The notes under the pieces were generated by a model. It ran no database searches. It saw only the letters and a list, made by a program, of their open reading frames with translations, and had not been told where the DNA came from. Position numbers and translations under genes: made by a program. 64,000 nt of DNA. Origin: Eledone cirrhosa. Lineage: Eukaryota. This document shows positions 62,111-64,000 of this stretch, in pieces. Numbering within the stretch: the stretch's first letter is position 1; each line of letters opens with the position of its first letter. The stretch lies in the NCBI GenBank assembly GCA_964016885.1, contig OZ024742.1, forward strand, positions 292,392,001 to 292,456,000, written 5' to 3'.

Positions 62111-62266
62111 AATATATGAACAGCCGTCCGGTTGTGGAACCAACCAACCAACCGAAAGTTATAAATTTCTTAAATTTATAATTTAATTTAACCTATAATA
62201 AATTGGAGCGAAACCAACTGGTGCGTGTGTTTCTTATTGGCAACATGACCCTCCCAAAGTATAACA

Positions 62267-62556
<290 letters not shown>

Positions 62557-62559
62557 ACA

Positions 62560-62842
62560 GGCCGAAACAAATGAGATCGGGTAGGTGTCACGACAAAAAA
62601 AAACACACAGTCCACGCTGTAATGTGGCCGTGTAGGCAACACGGTAAAAACCTCCCAGCCCCACACTGTAAATGTGGTTGGTGTTAGGAAGGGCATCCAG
62701 CTGTAGAAAACCCGCCAGACAGTCCTATGCGAGCAAGACAATCACTCTTGCCTCAAGTGGGAAAACCCCCGTCCAAACCCATGCAAGCGTGGAACACGGA
62801 CGTTAAACGTTGGTGATGATGATGATGATGATGATGATGATA
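62560..62842 (+). mobile_element. RTE 3'-UTR/tail fragment
   Basis: Reverse-complement similarity to ~1342-1620; (GAT)n tail. Confidence 0.7.
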
Positions 62843-62846
62843 TATA

Positions 62847-64000
62847 ACTGTGTGCAGACGATATTTGTTCGCAAGATTACTGTCTAGAAAAAAATAACAC
62901 AGTAGTTTTATTTTTTAAGATATATTTATCAAACCTGGGTCAGTTTGTCTTCATGACTTGTTCTTTCGATCTCACTCGATAAACCCGCCATTGGCTTTGA
63001 TGACGGCCTCAAGGCGGCCTCGGAACTTGCTACAGGCCTTCGTCACTGTCCCCGACTTAGGCTCCTAAAGGCACTTGTGATCCTGGCCTTCAGATCGTCT
63101 TTCGTATTGCAGCTAGATCTTTTGGTGTCTCGTTCCACTACGCCCCACACAAAGAAGGCGAGGGGGTTGCAGTCAGGCGAGCTGGGAGGCCAGATGTCTG
63201 GTGAAGTGTGGTCGACGAAGTTCTCTGACAGACAGGCTTGGGTCTTTCGGCTGGTATGGCAGGGCGCTGAGTCTTGCTGCCACACGTACGGCCTACCTGC
63301 AGCTACCTGGTCGATCCAGGGCTTTACTACCTCACTCAGAACACGGATGTAGCCATCGGTGTTCAGCTTGAGGCCCCCAGGGAAGAAGTGAGGTGGCATG
63401 ACGTCACCTTGACTGCTGACGACACTTAAGACCAATGTTGTCGCTGGAAACTTTGTCTGCATGACTCTGGGCACGTCTTTGGATGAGACAGCGAGCCACC
63501 TGTTGTTCTGGGAGTTGATCTTCTGGTCTTGGCAGAAGTTTTTCTCGTCGGAGAAAAACCGCAGCATGTTTGGCTCCAGTGGGTGTTTCAACTTGTTGAT
63601 CAGCTTTTTTGCGTGCTTCAGTCGCTTTTCTTGCATCGCCTTTGACAGAAATTGCCCTTTCCTCATCTTGTATGAAACGTAGCGAATGTCTTCATGTACC
63701 ACCAGCCTAATGAGCTTTTCATCTACGCCTTTCTCCCTTGCAATTTCACGCATCGACTTGCTAGGTTCATTGTTGATGATATCCTGAACTTTAGCAACGA
63801 GCTCGGGCGTTCTGAAGGCGTCAGATCGTCGATCATGTGTTTTCCTCTCTGATGTTGCTTCGTAGTTGAATCCTGAATCTTCTAATTCCTTTCTGACCTT
63901 TTCCACCATTCTCCTGCTGACGCTGAGAAAGTCTGAAATTTCCTTATTTGTCCTCCCGGCACGGATTCCAAGAAGAACTCCGTGTCTCTTCCACAAATTT
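62847..64000 (-). mobile_element. Tc1/mariner-superfamily DD37D (maT-type) transposon, running off the window edge
   Basis: ORF 63043..63996: HTH region, FSDEK, QQDSAPCH, 37 residues, then SPDCNPL(A). Third Asp reads Ala. Frameshift near 63050 before ..KANGGFIE*. Confidence 0.9.

Overview
AT-rich, microsatellite-dense eukaryotic DNA, very probably from an octopod cephalopod (inferred from the abundant tRNA-derived SINE 'GAGTTCAAATCCCGCCGAGGT..CTTTGCCTTTCATCC..CGGGGTCGATAAA'). No intact host gene is recognisable; the window is mostly transposable elements. It contains: two convergent L1/Tx1-type LINEs (one with an uninterrupted ORF2), both in (TATC)n; two near full-length Penelope-like elements (PLEs) of probable Naiad type ending in (TA)n, plus other PLE fragments; a stack of R4/Dong-type RLE LINEs in (TAA)n; RTE fragments with a PHD-like finger inside the RT; a CR1/L2-like relic holding a solo LTR; a DD37D (maT) transposon; a probable non-autonomous Helitron; MITEs and many SINEs. 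Best leads: (1) at least eight hammerhead-ribozyme motifs in the PLE repeats, including a U3:A8 core variant with an enlarged stem II; (2) two GTAAGT splice donors conserved between the diverged Tx1 copies, one overlapping an ORF1 stop that is in frame with ORF2; (3) each retroelement family using its own microsatellite; (4) a hidden 126-bp, 42-codon Cys-rich repeat relic at about 6.4 kb. Everything was read by eye, so boundaries may be off by a few bases and family names were not checked against databases.
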